Counted from the first letter of the stretch, positions 44,124 through 56,322 are shown. The stretch is 64,000 nucleotides of DNA from Kofleriaceae bacterium (GCA_046597055.1 JBKJLC010000016.1:1-64000); one strand, 5' to 3'. The notes: generated by a model from the letters alone, not told the origin. Program-made: numbers and translations.

Positions 44124-45058
44124 GCGGGCTGCTCGAGAGCGCCGCCGCGGTGCTGGTGGTCGCGGTCGCCATCGACGTCCTGTGGGGCGAGCTGCCGACC
44201 CCGGTCCACCCGGTGGTGTGGATGGGGCGGCTGGCCGCGCGGCTCGAGCGGTGGGCGCCGACCCGCGGCGCGTTTCGTCAGCTGGTCGCCGGCGCGCTCA
44301 TCGCGCTCGTGGTGCCGGGCGCGTTCGCGACCGCGGGCGTCGCGGTCGGCTGGCTCCGGCCGTGGCCGGTCGCCTGGTTCGCCGTCAGCGCCGCGCTGCT
44401 CACGTCGACGTTCGCGATCCAGGCGCTCGGCCACGCCGCCCGCGGGGTCCGCGATGCGCTGGTCCGCGGCAACCTCACCGACGCGCGCGCGGGCCTGCGC
44501 AGCCTGTGCAGCCGCGATCCCCGGCGGCTGACCGAGCCCCAGCTGGTCGCCGCGACCGTCGAGTCGGTGGCCGAGAACACCTCCGACAGCGTGGTCGCGC
44601 CGCTCTGCTACTACGCGCTGTTCGGGCTGCCGGGGGCCTTGTTCTATCGCGCGGTCAACACGCTCGACGCGCGCATCGGCTACCACGGCCGCTACGAGTA
44701 CCTGGGCAAGGCCTCGGCCCGGCTCGACGACCTGCTCAACTTCGTGCCGGCGCGGCTGACCGCGGCGCTGCTGCTGATCGCGGGCCGGCTCGCCGGCGCC
44801 GACGCCCGCGCCGGCTGGACGATGTGGCGGCGTGACGGCGCCACCACGGAGAGTCCGAACGCCGGACGTCCGATGGCGACCATGGCCGGCCTGCTCCGGG
44901 TCCGCCTCGAGAAGCCGGGCCATCACCGCCTGGGCGACCCCGGCGACCCGCTCGCGACCGCCAAGATCGACCAGGCCTGGCGCATCGTGTGGATCGCGGC
45001 GGCGATCGCGGCCGGGCTGACCGTGCTCGCCGTGGGAGGCCGCGATGCCTGGACCTGA
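44120..45058 (+). CDS. cbiB: Adenosylcobinamide-phosphate synthase
   Basis: [46 protein letters not shown]. Confidence 0.95.
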   Translation: MSGLLESAAAVLVVAVAIDVLWGELPTPVHPVVWMGRLAARLERWAPTRGAFRQLVAGALIALVVPGAFATAGVAVGWLRPWPVAWFAVSAALLTSTFAIQALGHAARGVRDALVRGNLTDARAGLRSLCSRDPRRLTEPQLVAATVESVAENTSDSVVAPLCYYALFGLPGALFYRAVNTLDARIGYHGRYEYLGKASARLDDLLNFVPARLTAALLLIAGRLAGADARAGWTMWRRDGATTESPNAGRPMATMAGLLRVRLEKPGHHRLGDPGDPLATAKIDQAWRIVWIAAAIAAGLTVLAVGGRDAWT

Positions 45059-46120
45059 CGCCAGCTCGACCACCGGCCGCGTCCACGGCGGCCCTCGGGA
45101 CGAAGAGCTGCAGCGGCTCGGCCTCGACCCCCGGCGGCTGCTCGACTTCAGCGTCAGCACCAACCCGTACGGACCGTGCCCGTCGGTGGTCGCCGCGGTC
45201 CGGGGCGCCGCCCTCGATCGCTATCCGGATCCCACCGGCCGCGCGGTCCGCGCCGCGATGGCCGGGGTGCTCGACACCTCGGCCGAGCACCTCGTGCTCG
45301 GCAACGGCGCCGCCGAGCTGCTGTGGGCGCTCGCCCGCGCGCTGCTGCGCCCCACCGATCCCACGCTGGTGGTCGAGCCCACCTTCGGCGAATGGCGGGC
45401 CGCGGCGTCGGCGCTGGGCGCGACGGTCAGCGAGTGGCGGGCGACCGCCGCCGATCAGTACCGGATCGACCTGCCCGCGATCGCCCGCGCCGCGCGCAGC
45501 CACGGCGCCCGCGTGATCTACCTGTGCGTGCCGAACACGCCGACCGGCGCCGCGGTCCCCGCCGTGGAGATCGCGGCCTGGGCCGCCGCCCACGCCGAGG
45601 TCACGATCGTGCTCGACCAGTCGTTCCTGTCGCTGAGCGAGCGCGCCGACGACGCCGCCGTGGCCATGCCGCCGAGCGTGGTGCGGGTCCGGTCGCTGAC
45701 CAAGGATCACGCGCTCGCCGGCGTGCGCGTGGGCTACCTGCTGGCCGAGCCCGTGATCGTCGCCCGGGTCGAGGCCCAGCGGCCGGCGTGGTCGACCAGC
45801 GCGATGGCGCAGGCGGCCGCGCTCGCCGCCTGTGGCGAGCCCGGCTTCGTCGCCGACAGCCGCCGCCGCGTCATCGCCGACCGCGAGCGCACCCACGGTC
45901 AGCTCCGCGCGCTCGGCCTGGCGCCGCTGCCGTCAGTGGCGCCGTTCTCGCTGGTGCCGGTCGCCGACGCGACCGCCGTGCGCGGCCGGCTGCTGGCCGG
46001 CCACGGCATCCTGGTCCGCGACTGCGCGTCGTTCGGCCTGCCCGATCATCTCCGGCTCGCCGCGCGACCGGCCGCCGATGGCGCGCGCCTGATCGCCGCC
46101 CTGCACGAGGAGCTCGTCCG

Positions 46121-46127
<7 letters not shown>
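45045..46127 (+). CDS. cobD: L-threonine-O-3-phosphate decarboxylase (PLP, HisC-like)
   Basis: [39 protein letters not shown]; cob context. Confidence 0.88.
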
Positions 46128-47659
<1,532 letters not shown>

Positions 47660-47845
47660 CCCGGGCCAGGTCTAGATCCCCGGCGGAACCGGGGTCAGCG
47701 AGCGCACCAGCACGGCGTACGGGCCGGTCCCCGAGTGACGCCGGTCAACCTGTCGGAATCCGGGTGGTTACCCCCGCATGCCCGCGAGAACGCTTGCGCG
47801 ATGCGGGGCTTCTCGCTATTCCTTCGGGGCTCGCACGAGAGCTGA

Positions 47846-47919
47846 CGGGGTGTAGCGCAGCCTGGTAGCGCACCTGCTTTGGGAGCAGGGAGTCGGAGGT
47901 TCGAATCCTCTCACCCCGA
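47846..47919 (+). tRNA. tRNA-Pro(TGG)
   Basis: Acceptor CGGGGTG/CACCCCG, anticodon arm CCTGC-TTTGGGA-GCAGG, GGTTCGAATCC; CCA not encoded. Confidence 0.95.
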
Positions 47920-47959
47920 CGACAGTGGTCGCAGGCTGCCGAGCCGGGTCGACCGATAC

Positions 47960-48034
47960 GCGCCCATAGCTCAGCTGGATCAGAGCACCGACCTTCTAAG
48001 TCGGGGGTCGGAGGTTCGAGCCCTCCTGGGCGCG
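47960..48034 (+). tRNA. tRNA-Arg(TCT)
   Basis: Acceptor GCGCCCA/TGGGCGC, anticodon arm CCGAC-CTTCTAA-GTCGG, GGTTCGAG. Confidence 0.95.
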
Positions 48035-48064
48035 CGTGAGCCTTTCGCGGGCGGGCGCGCGCCC

Positions 48065-48229
48065 GGCAAGCTCGTGATCCGTGGCGCCGGCTGGGGCAAC
48101 TCGGCGTGGTGCCTGCGCGCGGCCTATCGGCACTCGAACCCACCGGATCGCGGGCTCGACATGGTCGGCTTCCGCTGCGTGGGCCCGGCCGGCGGCGGCG
48201 CCGCTGCGGGTCAGGGCACGACGCGGTAG
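48065..48229 (+). pseudogene. C-terminal remnant of an FGE-sulfatase (SUMF1) domain gene
   Basis: GKLVIRGAGW...LRAAYR...P...VGFRC matches the FGE C-terminal signature; the upstream frame runs into the tRNA. Confidence 0.65.
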
Positions 48230-49557
48230 AGCGCGCCGTCGCGGGTCGAGCCGGCCCACAGGCCGTCGAGCGCGATCGCCAGCGGCGCCGAGCAGAACGG
48301 ATCGACGCGGCCGAACGGATCGCCGGGCGGAGCGTCCGCGATCCGGACAAACTGGTCGTCGCGACTGGCGCGCCACAGGCCGGTGCTGGTGAGCAGCCAG
48401 CGGACCTCGCCGGCGATCGCGAGATCGTGCGGCTCGCCGGCACCGGCCGGCAGCGCGACCCGCTCGAAGCGCAGGCCGCGACCGCCGCCGGTGGTGGCGC
48501 GCGCCGGCTCGGACCGGAACACCGCGCCGGCCCCGCCGCGCGGCCGACCGGCCAGCCAGTACAGCCGATCGCCCGCGACCGCGAACCGCCGGGTCAGCCA
48601 GCCGCCCTCGTCGGTGACCCGGGCCAGCACCGGCGGTGGCGTCGCCGGATCGCGCGGATCGCCGGTGAGCACGATCAGGTCCCAGCGCACGCGTCGCTCG
48701 TTGTTCTGCAGCCCGCCGTAGAGGCGGCCTCCGAAGCGCACCAGCGAGGTCGCGCGCACGACCCCGACCGGATGGCCGGCGCCCGGGAAACACGCGGGCG
48801 CCAGCTCGCGATCGTCGCGGCCCCCGACGAACAGGCCGGCCGGATAGCGCGTGCCGCCGCGCTGCTCGAGGTCGACCGAGCCGCCGCTGACGACGATCGC
48901 CCCGAGGTAGTCGATCACGTCGAAGGTGTGGAACGCCCACGGCACCACCCGGGTCCCGGCCGGCGGGCGTTGATCGGCCGCCAGCGGTCCGAACCGACCG
49001 CCCGGCTCCGACACGAACACGTAGTCCTCGAACCCGGCCGCCGACAGCCCGAAGCCGCCGAACTCGGGCGCGTCGGCGTCGGTCGCCCACAGCCGACCGT
49101 CGATCACCGCCAGCCGCGCGATGCCCTGGCCACCGACCTCGTGCGTGACCCGCGGCGCGCCGCCGCGATCCCAGTCGAGCACCACGGCCCAGCCGAGGGT
49201 CGCCGGATCCCACAGCGCGATCTGCGCACCGTCGAGCTCGATCGGCGCGGCCGCGGTGGTCGCCGCGATGGTACCGGCGATCTCGACCACGTCGCACACC
49301 AGCGGGTGCGCGCCCGGCGGTGGCGGGATCCGCTCGAAGCGCGCGGTCGGCGCGGTCGCCAGCGCGGCCAGGCCGGCCCCGGACGTGCCATGCCGATCGT
49401 CGCCGTCGGAGACCCCGGCTGGCGCCGACGGCAGCGCGAGCTCGGCCAGCAGCGGCGGCAGCGCCGGGCCGCGCGTCGGTCGCGCCGGTGCCGGCGGTGG
49501 ATCGTGGCGCGCGCAGCTGGCGGCGCTCGCCAGCACGGCGATCAGGGCAGCGCGCAC
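48211..49557 (-). CDS. Hypothetical lipoprotein, probable beta-propeller
   Basis: Lipobox AASC, Pro-rich linker, repeated GRLW/GRLY/DRLY/GLW strands; overlaps the rhomboid stop. Confidence 0.65.
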   Translation of the reverse strand: MRAALIAVLASAASCARHDPPPAPARPTRGPALPPLLAELALPSAPAGVSDGDDRHGTSGAGLAALATAPTARFERIPPPPGAHPLVCDVVEIAGTIAATTAAAPIELDGAQIALWDPATLGWAVVLDWDRGGAPRVTHEVGGQGIARLAVIDGRLWATDADAPEFGGFGLSAAGFEDYVFVSEPGGRFGPLAADQRPPAGTRVVPWAFHTFDVIDYLGAIVVSGGSVDLEQRGGTRYPAGLFVGGRDDRELAPACFPGAGHPVGVVRATSLVRFGGRLYGGLQNNERRVRWDLIVLTGDPRDPATPPPVLARVTDEGGWLTRRFAVAGDRLYWLAGRPRGGAGAVFRSEPARATTGGGRGLRFERVALPAGAGEPHDLAIAGEVRWLLTSTGLWRASRDDQFVRIADAPPGDPFGRVDPFCSAPLAIALDGLWAGSTRDGALYRVVP

Positions 49558-51212
49558 AGCTCGTCGCGTACGCCCTTCGGCAGCACGGTCGGCACCGGCG
49601 AGCCGCACGCCGGCTTGACCGTCTCGCGCGCCTCGTCCGCGCGGCCCTGGTCGGCGTGGATCGCGGCCAACCACTCGTGCATCTCGATGGCCAGCGCGGG
49701 GTTCTCGAGCCGGCGCAGCGCCGCGGGCTCGGCCAGCCCGGCCTCCAGGTGGGCCCGGGCCTCGTCGAGCGCCTGGGCTCGGAGCCCGCCGAGCGCCGCG
49801 AGGTAGCGCACGCGCGGGTCGCGTGGATACCGCCCGACCAGCGTGACCAGCCGCTCGCGGGGGACGTCGTTGGCCAGGTTCGCCTGGATGGTCTCGATCG
49901 GCGCGAGCTGCCGGTCGACCGCGAAGCCGGCGCGGACCTCGCTCCACCCGCTGGCGACGCCGACCGCGCCGATCACCAGCGGGATCGCACCGGCCGCGAC
50001 CAGCCCGCGCGCGAGCCAGCGGCCGCGCGGGTCGACCGAGCGGCCCGGCCAGGTCACCAGCAGGAGGCCGCCGGCCACCGCGCCCACGAGCGCCCCACCG
50101 ATGTGCGCCGCGACGTCGACCCGGCCGCCGCCGGCGGCGGTGGCGACCGGCAGCAGCGACGGCACCAGGATCTGCGCCAGCGACACCAGGATCGCGGTCC
50201 GGCCTTGCCCACGCGGCAGCCGCAGCACGACGATCACCGCGGCCGCCAGCATGCCCATGATCGCGCCCGAGGCACCGACCGTGGTCAGGTTGGCCGGGTT
50301 GACCAGCATCGACGCGGCCGAACCACCGAGCGCGCCGATCACGAACAGCCCGAGCATCCAGGCCCGGCCGACCAGGCGCTCGAGCACCGAGCCGGCCATG
50401 AACAGCGCCACCCCGTTGAACAGCAGGTGCAGCAGATCGCCGTGCAGGAACGCCGCGGTCATCGCGCGCCACACCTCGCCAGCCTCGACGCGGTGATGCT
50501 CGAGCCCTCCCAGGCCGATCAGCACGCTGAGCGGCGGCGACAGCGCGCCGGTGGTCGACGGCGACAGCAGCACCTCGAGCACGAACACCGCGAGCAAGGT
50601 GGCGAGCAGCGCCACGGTCGCGACCGGCCGCCGGCTGGCGATGACGGCACCGCGCTCGGCGCCCGGCGCATCGGGCCCACGCCGCGGGCCGGTGAAGATG
50701 CCGGTGACCCACTTCTGCCGGCGCCTCAGCTCGGCGGCGACGATGGTCCCGAACAGCGCGCCGGTCGCGCTGTCGACGGCAAAGGCCGTGATCGAGACCG
50801 CCGCCTTGCCGCCGCGACGGAAGGTCAGCGCCTCGAGGCGCTCGCGATCGCCGGGGCCGGGCCGGCCCGCGCCGACCTCCCAGATCTCGACCGCGACCGG
50901 GATCCGCGAGCCGTACAGCGAGCCGCTGTGCACCAGGCACGCGGTCGCGACCGCCTCGACCTGGGCCGCCGACCGCGCGAACGTCCGTTCGGGCGCGGCG
51001 TCGCGGTCGACGATGCACGCGATCGTCAGCGACAGCCCGTCGGCGGCGGTGAGGATGACGTCGCAGGCCGCGGCCAGCGGCTGCGCCTCGGGCAACGAGC
51101 CGGCCACGAAGCCGCGGTCGGCGATCAGGCAGCGGGCGAGGTAGCTCGCCGGCGCCTCGGCCGCGGGACCCGGCGGGACCGGAACGTCAGGCGCGCCACC
51201 GTCGAGGTCCAT
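49542..51212 (-). CDS. Rhomboid intramembrane serine protease with soluble N- and C-terminal domains
   Basis: WR..TAAFLHGDLLHLLFN, GASG, AAHIGG. Confidence 0.9.
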   Translation of the reverse strand: MDLDGGAPDVPVPPGPAAEAPASYLARCLIADRGFVAGSLPEAQPLAAACDVILTAADGLSLTIACIVDRDAAPERTFARSAAQVEAVATACLVHSGSLYGSRIPVAVEIWEVGAGRPGPGDRERLEALTFRRGGKAAVSITAFAVDSATGALFGTIVAAELRRRQKWVTGIFTGPRRGPDAPGAERGAVIASRRPVATVALLATLLAVFVLEVLLSPSTTGALSPPLSVLIGLGGLEHHRVEAGEVWRAMTAAFLHGDLLHLLFNGVALFMAGSVLERLVGRAWMLGLFVIGALGGSAASMLVNPANLTTVGASGAIMGMLAAAVIVVLRLPRGQGRTAILVSLAQILVPSLLPVATAAGGGRVDVAAHIGGALVGAVAGGLLLVTWPGRSVDPRGRWLARGLVAAGAIPLVIGAVGVASGWSEVRAGFAVDRQLAPIETIQANLANDVPRERLVTLVGRYPRDPRVRYLAALGGLRAQALDEARAHLEAGLAEPAALRRLENPALAIEMHEWLAAIHADQGRADEARETVKPACGSPVPTVLPKGVRDELCALP

Positions 51213-51308
51213 GGCTCATGGCTAACACGAGCCCCGACCGAGCGCTGCTGTCACCGCGGGCCGGCCCGCCCGCCGGGCCGGCCGCACGGGCGTTCACCGC
51301 GCCTGCGG

Positions 51309-51746
51309 CTACCCGCCGTGGACGACCAAGCTCACGCCACCGACGGCGATCACCAGGCCAGCCGCGCGCGACGCGGTCAGCACCTCGCCGCTCGCGGCGA
51401 TGCCGACCACCGCGAGCAGGACGACCAGCGCGACGCTCGAGATGGCCGAGGCCTGGCTGAGGGCCCAGCCCGAGCGGTACGCGAGGAAGTAGCCGGCCTC
51501 GATGCCGACCGCGGCGACCCCGAGCAGCCCGGCCGCGATCAGCGAGCTGCGATCGAGGCGGCCGAGGGTGGCGACGATCCCGCCGCCGCCGAGCCGCCAC
51601 AGGACCGCGCTGGCGATGAACGCCACGCCGTACGCGAGGGTGAAGAAGGCCCAGGGCCCGGCCGCGCCGCTCTGGGTCTTCATCGCGACGTGATAGAGGA
51701 GGCCGCCAGCGACGGTGAGGACGAGAGGGAAGGCGTGCGCGAACAT
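51309..51746 (-). CDS. Small DMT/EamA-family membrane transporter
   Basis: About 5 TM helices, YH..K, EAGYFLAYRSGW, GE.L...AGL; divergent from LysR. Confidence 0.75.
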   Translation of the reverse strand: MFAHAFPLVLTVAGGLLYHVAMKTQSGAAGPWAFFTLAYGVAFIASAVLWRLGGGGIVATLGRLDRSSLIAAGLLGVAAVGIEAGYFLAYRSGWALSQASAISSVALVVLLAVVGIAASGEVLTASRAAGLVIAVGGVSLVVHGG

Positions 51747-51773
51747 GGAGGCCACTCTAGGGACGTCGCCTCC

Positions 51774-51818
51774 ATGCGTCCATTGCATCGTTTGTATTCC
51801 CCCATGCGTTCAACGCAT
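51774..51818. promoter_or_regulatory. Two LysR-type T-N11-A boxes
   Basis: ATGCGTCCATTGCAT (51774-88) and perfect ATGCGTT-C-AACGCAT (51804-18) in the divergent intergenic region. Confidence 0.7.
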
Positions 51819-51838
51819 GACGGCGGTATCCTGCCCGG

Positions 51839-52714
51839 GTGGAACCGCTCTCCCAGGACCAGCTCGCCGCGCTCGCCGCGGTCGCCCGCACCGGCAGCTT
51901 CACGCGGGCGGCCGCCGAGCTGCACCTGAGCCAGCCGGCGCTGTCGCGGCGGGTCGCCAACCTCGAGGAGCGGCTGGGCGCGACCCTGCTGGTGCGGGGC
52001 CCGCGGGTGACGGTCACCGACGCCGGCCGCCGCGTGCTCGCGTTCGTGCACGCGCAGCGCGCGATCGAGGACGAGCTGCTGGGCGAGCTGCGGCCCGGCC
52101 GGGACGAGCTGCGCGGGCTCATCCGCATCGCCGGCACCTCGTCGATCGTGCCGGCGGTGGTGCTGCCGTCGCTGGCGCCGCTGGTGCGCGCGCACCCGGC
52201 GGTGCAGATCGAGGTGCAGAACCTCGAGGTCGACGAGCTGGCGGCCGCCCTCGCCCAGGGTGCGGCCGACTTCGCGGTCACCGATCAGGCGCCCGAGCGG
52301 GCCGGCCTGGCCAGCGTCGCGTGTGGCCACGAGGAGTTCGTGGTCATCGAGGGCACCATCGCCGGCGGCCGGCGTGACGTGTTCCTCGACTCGAGCCCGT
52401 CCGACCGCACCACCGACTGGTTCTTCGCGGCGCAGCCGGCCCGCAGCCGGCTCCGGCGCTGGCGCCGCTCGTTCTTCCACGACGAGGCCGGCATCCTGCT
52501 CGGCGTCGAGCTCGGCCTCGGACGCGCGGTCAAGCCGCGCCACACCATCCCGCCCGGCTCACCGGTGCGCATCGACCCGAGCTTCACGCCGGTGCGCAAG
52601 CCGATCTACCTGCAGCACCGCGCGCAGCGGGTCTACTCGCGCCTGCACAAGATCGTTGCCGAGCGCCTCGAGCAGTCGGTGCGTGCGGCGCTGACCCCGC
52701 CGCGCCGGCGCTGA
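51839..52714 (+). CDS. LysR-family transcriptional regulator
   Basis: GSFTRAAAELHLSQPALSRRVANLEERLG, TDAG. Confidence 0.93.
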   Translation: MEPLSQDQLAALAAVARTGSFTRAAAELHLSQPALSRRVANLEERLGATLLVRGPRVTVTDAGRRVLAFVHAQRAIEDELLGELRPGRDELRGLIRIAGTSSIVPAVVLPSLAPLVRAHPAVQIEVQNLEVDELAAALAQGAADFAVTDQAPERAGLASVACGHEEFVVIEGTIAGGRRDVFLDSSPSDRTTDWFFAAQPARSRLRRWRRSFFHDEAGILLGVELGLGRAVKPRHTIPPGSPVRIDPSFTPVRKPIYLQHRAQRVYSRLHKIVAERLEQSVRAALTPPRRR

Positions 52715-52739
52715 CCCGCCGCCCCCTGCCGTGCGTCGG

Positions 52740-53540
52740 TCAGGTGAGGTTGGGCAGGACTCGGCAGTCATTGCCCTCCGCGCACAACCGGAGCTGGTAC
52801 GTGGTCCCCGGCTGGTGCCGGCCAAGCTGGTCGAAGCGATCGGTGTCGATCACGCGGTAGGGACGAACGCCCTGCTCGAGGCCTTCCGGGAAGATCAGGT
52901 CGAGCACGTTCGGCGGAGTCGCGCTGGCCGCGCGAGCGGCGGGCGATGCGGCGATGCCCATCCACGCGACACCGCGCAGGCTCGATTTGGACAGCTCGTC
53001 CGGATCGATCCGGCCATCGCCGTCGACGTCCGCCGCCACGACGACATACGCGAGCACCACGCGCGGCCCCGGCGGACACGCACAGGCGGGGTCGGTCAGG
53101 TCGTCGCAAGCGCGTTCGCACAGGTGCATGGCATCGGCGGTGGGCGCCACGATCTGCGCGAGGTCGATGTCCAGGCAGCGGGTCTCGCCGGCGGCGAGCG
53201 CCGCCAGCGGTTGGTCGAGGGCGAACACCGGGGGCGGGTCCGGATTGAGGTCATCCTCGAGCTGGAAGAACACCACGCCCAGGCGCGCGGCCGGGATCGC
53301 GGTGCCCTGCAAGCGCGCCGACACGCCCAGCGTGAAGCCGGTCGCCGACGGTGGACACGTGACCGGCGGCGACAGTTCGGGCGGCGCATCGGTCGGCGGC
53401 TCGGCCGGCGCATCGGTCGGCGGTGGCTCTCGGCCATCGGGGCCCGGCTCGACCGGCCCGTCGAGAGGCGTTGCGACGGGAGCGTCGCCGCAGGCGGCGA
53501 GGACGAGAGCGAGACCCAGGACGAGACGAGGCGAGCGCAT
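52740..53540 (-). CDS. Hypothetical lipoprotein
   Basis: Lipobox LAAC, PPTDAP repeats, Cys cluster, EF-hand-like DVDGDGRIDPDE. Confidence 0.7.
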   Translation of the reverse strand: MRSPRLVLGLALVLAACGDAPVATPLDGPVEPGPDGREPPPTDAPAEPPTDAPPELSPPVTCPPSATGFTLGVSARLQGTAIPAARLGVVFFQLEDDLNPDPPPVFALDQPLAALAAGETRCLDIDLAQIVAPTADAMHLCERACDDLTDPACACPPGPRVVLAYVVVAADVDGDGRIDPDELSKSSLRGVAWMGIAASPAARAASATPPNVLDLIFPEGLEQGVRPYRVIDTDRFDQLGRHQPGTTYQLRLCAEGNDCRVLPNLT

Positions 53541-53611
53541 CCCGACACCATCGACCACCCGTCGCGGCGCGCCCGCGGCAACCCACGGTAAAGCCCGCGC
53601 ATCGCCGGCGG

Positions 53612-53971
53612 TCAGCCGGCGATCGTGACCTTGCGCACGCCGCGCGCGGTCAAGAGCGGCTCGAGCCGGCGACGCAGATCGCCCTGCAGGACGATCGTGT
53701 CGCCCTCGATCACGCCACCGCAGCCGAGCGCGGTCTTGAGGTCCTTGCACCAGGTCTCGAGCTGCGCCGGTGGCAGCTCGAGCTTCTCGACGATGGTGGT
53801 CTCCTTGCCGGCGCGACCCTTGCGCTCGAGCCGCACCACCGCACGCGCAGGGACCACCGGGGGCGGCGGCGCCTTCACCGGCGGCGGCACCGGCGCCGGG
53901 CCCGGCGGCAAGGTCGGCCGCAGCTCGGTGAGCACCGTCCACGGGTTGCCGGGTGGACTCTTCTTGCCCAT
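53612..53971 (-). CDS. yciH: Translation initiation factor SUI1/YciH family
   Basis: ERKGRAGK, LKTALGCGG, LQGD. Confidence 0.88.
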   Translation of the reverse strand: MGKKSPPGNPWTVLTELRPTLPPGPAPVPPPVKAPPPPVVPARAVVRLERKGRAGKETTIVEKLELPPAQLETWCKDLKTALGCGGVIEGDTIVLQGDLRRRLEPLLTARGVRKVTIAG

Positions 53972-54035
53972 GGCCCGCCAGCCTACTGCGGCGCGGCGCG
54001 CCGGTTCAACCGTGCCGAACGGGGCCGAACGGACC

Positions 54036-54073
54036 GAAAAGAGGAACGGCGCCTCTCGGAGAGAGAGGCGCCG
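54036..54073 (-). terminator. Probable intrinsic terminator after tRNA-His
   Basis: 11-bp stem CGGCGCCTCTC/GAGAGGCGCCG followed on the minus strand by TTCCTCTTTTC. Confidence 0.6.
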
Positions 54074-54080
54074 CGCGGAG

Positions 54081-54154
54081 GGTGGATGATGGGAATCGAA
54101 CCCACGACACCCAGGACCACAACCTGGTGCTCTACCAATTGAGCTACATCCACC
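54081..54154 (-). tRNA. tRNA-His(GTG)
   Basis: Reverse complement G-GTGGATGTAGCTCAATTGGTAGAGCACCAGGTTGTGGTCCTGG...GGTTCGATTCCCATCATCCACC; G-1/C73 His identity. Confidence 0.95.
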
Positions 54155-54230
54155 GCGTGGCCCGGAGATCTAGCCGAAATCTCGCAGGCCGTCCAGCCCT
54201 TTGGCCTCACGGCCGTGAGGCCACCCGAGA

Positions 54231-56312
54231 TTATGGCGCTTCGGGCGCCGGCTCGGCATCGCCAGCGAAGTAGCTGCGCAGGACCTGGGTCTCGAAGTTC
54301 AGATCGCCCAGGGTGGTCTTGCCCTCGCCCGCCTTGATGGCGGCGTCGAGCTTGGCCCCGCACTCCTTGCATGACTTGCCCGCGACCTTGGGCAGCGTCA
54401 GCAAGATGCTCTGGCGGATGATGCGGTCGTCGCTCTTGACCGCCTCGAGCAGGATCGGGGTCGTGCTCTCCGCCTTGGGGCCCATCTTGCCGAGCTCGAG
54501 CATGGCGCGCTCGATCTGGGCCGCGAGGACCTCCTTCTTCTCTTCCTCGGTGTACTTCTCGACCGCGATCGACGCGTTGAGCTTCTTCAGCCGCGGGCTG
54601 ACCGCCGCCCACTGGTCTTCCCACTTCTTGCTGGGGTCGACCGTCGCCGCGTAGCACGCCGCGTCAGCCTTGCAGTGGTCCGCGATCTCGATGCGGGCGG
54701 CGTGAGCCTCGAACAGCCGCTGGAAGCCACGGTAGGCCTGCGCCTTGTCGTCGAGCGCCTTCCAGGTCGCCTTGGCCTTGGTGAACGGGTCCTTGACCTT
54801 GTCGAACGCGACCTTGGCCTCGGTGGTCTTGCCGATGTCCTCGACCTTGGCCTTGCGCTCGCCGCCGGCGCGCGACACCACGGCCTTGGCCTGATCGAGC
54901 GCCTCCTTCGCGGCGTCGTAGGTCGCCTTGGCCGCCTCGTACGCCTTCTTGGGCGGACCGTTGGCCTCGGCCTGCGCCTTGTCGCTGGCGTCCTTGTAGT
55001 CCTTGGCCAGCGTGATCAGCAGCTGCACCCGATCCTTGCTCGTGGCCAGGCGGCCGTAGGAGACCGAGGCCTCGAGCCGCAGCGACTGGTCGGCCTTGTT
55101 GTCGGCCGCGATCTTGCCGAGCGCCTCGAGCGCGGTGCCCGCGCCGGCCTTCTCCGAGCCATCGCGCGACACGAACGAGAACACGTTGGCCGCCATCGGC
55201 TTCAGGTCCTCGTTCTTGCCGTTCGCCCAGATGTCGAGCACGGCCTGGGTCGCCAGGGGCGAGCCGATCTTGCGGAGCGAGTCGAGCACCGCATTCTGGC
55301 CGGCCGGACCGGGCGACGAGTCGACGTAGTACGCGGGCAGCGGCTCGCGCGCGAGCGCGGTGAGCAGCGGCGCCACCAGCGACGGGTCGTACAGATCGCC
55401 GGCGATGATCGCGGCGTAGTAGTCCATCGCCGAGACCTTCTGCCACTCGTTCTGCGGCAGCGGATCCTTGCCGAGGTCACCCTTGTAGGTGTCGTACCCG
55501 TTCTCGGTGAACAGCGTGTTCACCCCGTCGTCGGTGTGCATCAGGATCTTGCCGATGCGGTCGCCGACCTCCTTCGAGCCCGACGCGACCAGGGCGCGGC
55601 GGATCTGCTTGAAGAAGAACGGCAGGCGGTACATCGCCTCGATCAGCACCGGGATCGCCTGCGAGCTCTTGATCTTGCCGAGGGCGATGATCGCGGCGCC
55701 CGGCATCTCCGGCTTGGTCGGATCGAAGTCCTCGCGGATGATGTTGGCCAGCACCGGCACCGCGCCGGGCTCGCCGAGCTCCCCGAGCGACAGGATCGCC
55801 TGGCCACGCAGCTGTCGGACCGTCGCGTTGTTGGCCGCGGCGACCAAGGCCTCGAGGGCGCCATCGACCTTGGACGCGCCCAGCGCCTGGGCGGCGAGGC
55901 GCGCGCTCTCGACCGAGCGCGGGTTGGCGCCGTCGACCTCGTCGATCGCCTTCTTCAGGATCGGGAGCGACTTGTCCCACGACGCTTCGCGCGCCTGGTA
56001 CGCCCCGCCCTTGTAGTTCTTGTACTCGTCGGTCGCCTGCTTCTTGGTGAGCGGCTTCGACAGGTCGATGATCACGCGCAGGATGCGCTCGGGCCGCCCC
56101 TGCTTCTCCCAGGTCTTACCGAGCGCCGGGATCGCCGTGGGATCACCCAGGCGCTCGAGCTCGGTGACCGCGCGCTCGACTTCGTTGGCGTCGTCGAGCT
56201 TCTTGGTCCAGGTCTTGGAGTCGAACTGATCTTCGGGGCAACCAGGCAAGGCCAGCGTCGCCACCAGGGCGAAACACGACAGCCCGGCGAACTTTCGCCA
56301 GTTGAGCGTCAT
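54231..56312 (-). CDS. HEAT-repeat lipoprotein with Lys/Ala-rich coiled coil
   Basis: Lipobox LPGC; repeats A..ALG.LG...AIP.L; coiled coil around aa 430-520. Confidence 0.8.
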   Translation of the reverse strand: MTLNWRKFAGLSCFALVATLALPGCPEDQFDSKTWTKKLDDANEVERAVTELERLGDPTAIPALGKTWEKQGRPERILRVIIDLSKPLTKKQATDEYKNYKGGAYQAREASWDKSLPILKKAIDEVDGANPRSVESARLAAQALGASKVDGALEALVAAANNATVRQLRGQAILSLGELGEPGAVPVLANIIREDFDPTKPEMPGAAIIALGKIKSSQAIPVLIEAMYRLPFFFKQIRRALVASGSKEVGDRIGKILMHTDDGVNTLFTENGYDTYKGDLGKDPLPQNEWQKVSAMDYYAAIIAGDLYDPSLVAPLLTALAREPLPAYYVDSSPGPAGQNAVLDSLRKIGSPLATQAVLDIWANGKNEDLKPMAANVFSFVSRDGSEKAGAGTALEALGKIAADNKADQSLRLEASVSYGRLATSKDRVQLLITLAKDYKDASDKAQAEANGPPKKAYEAAKATYDAAKEALDQAKAVVSRAGGERKAKVEDIGKTTEAKVAFDKVKDPFTKAKATWKALDDKAQAYRGFQRLFEAHAARIEIADHCKADAACYAATVDPSKKWEDQWAAVSPRLKKLNASIAVEKYTEEEKKEVLAAQIERAMLELGKMGPKAESTTPILLEAVKSDDRIIRQSILLTLPKVAGKSCKECGAKLDAAIKAGEGKTTLGDLNFETQVLRSYFAGDAEPAPEAP

Positions 56313-56322
56313 GACGGGGTCC

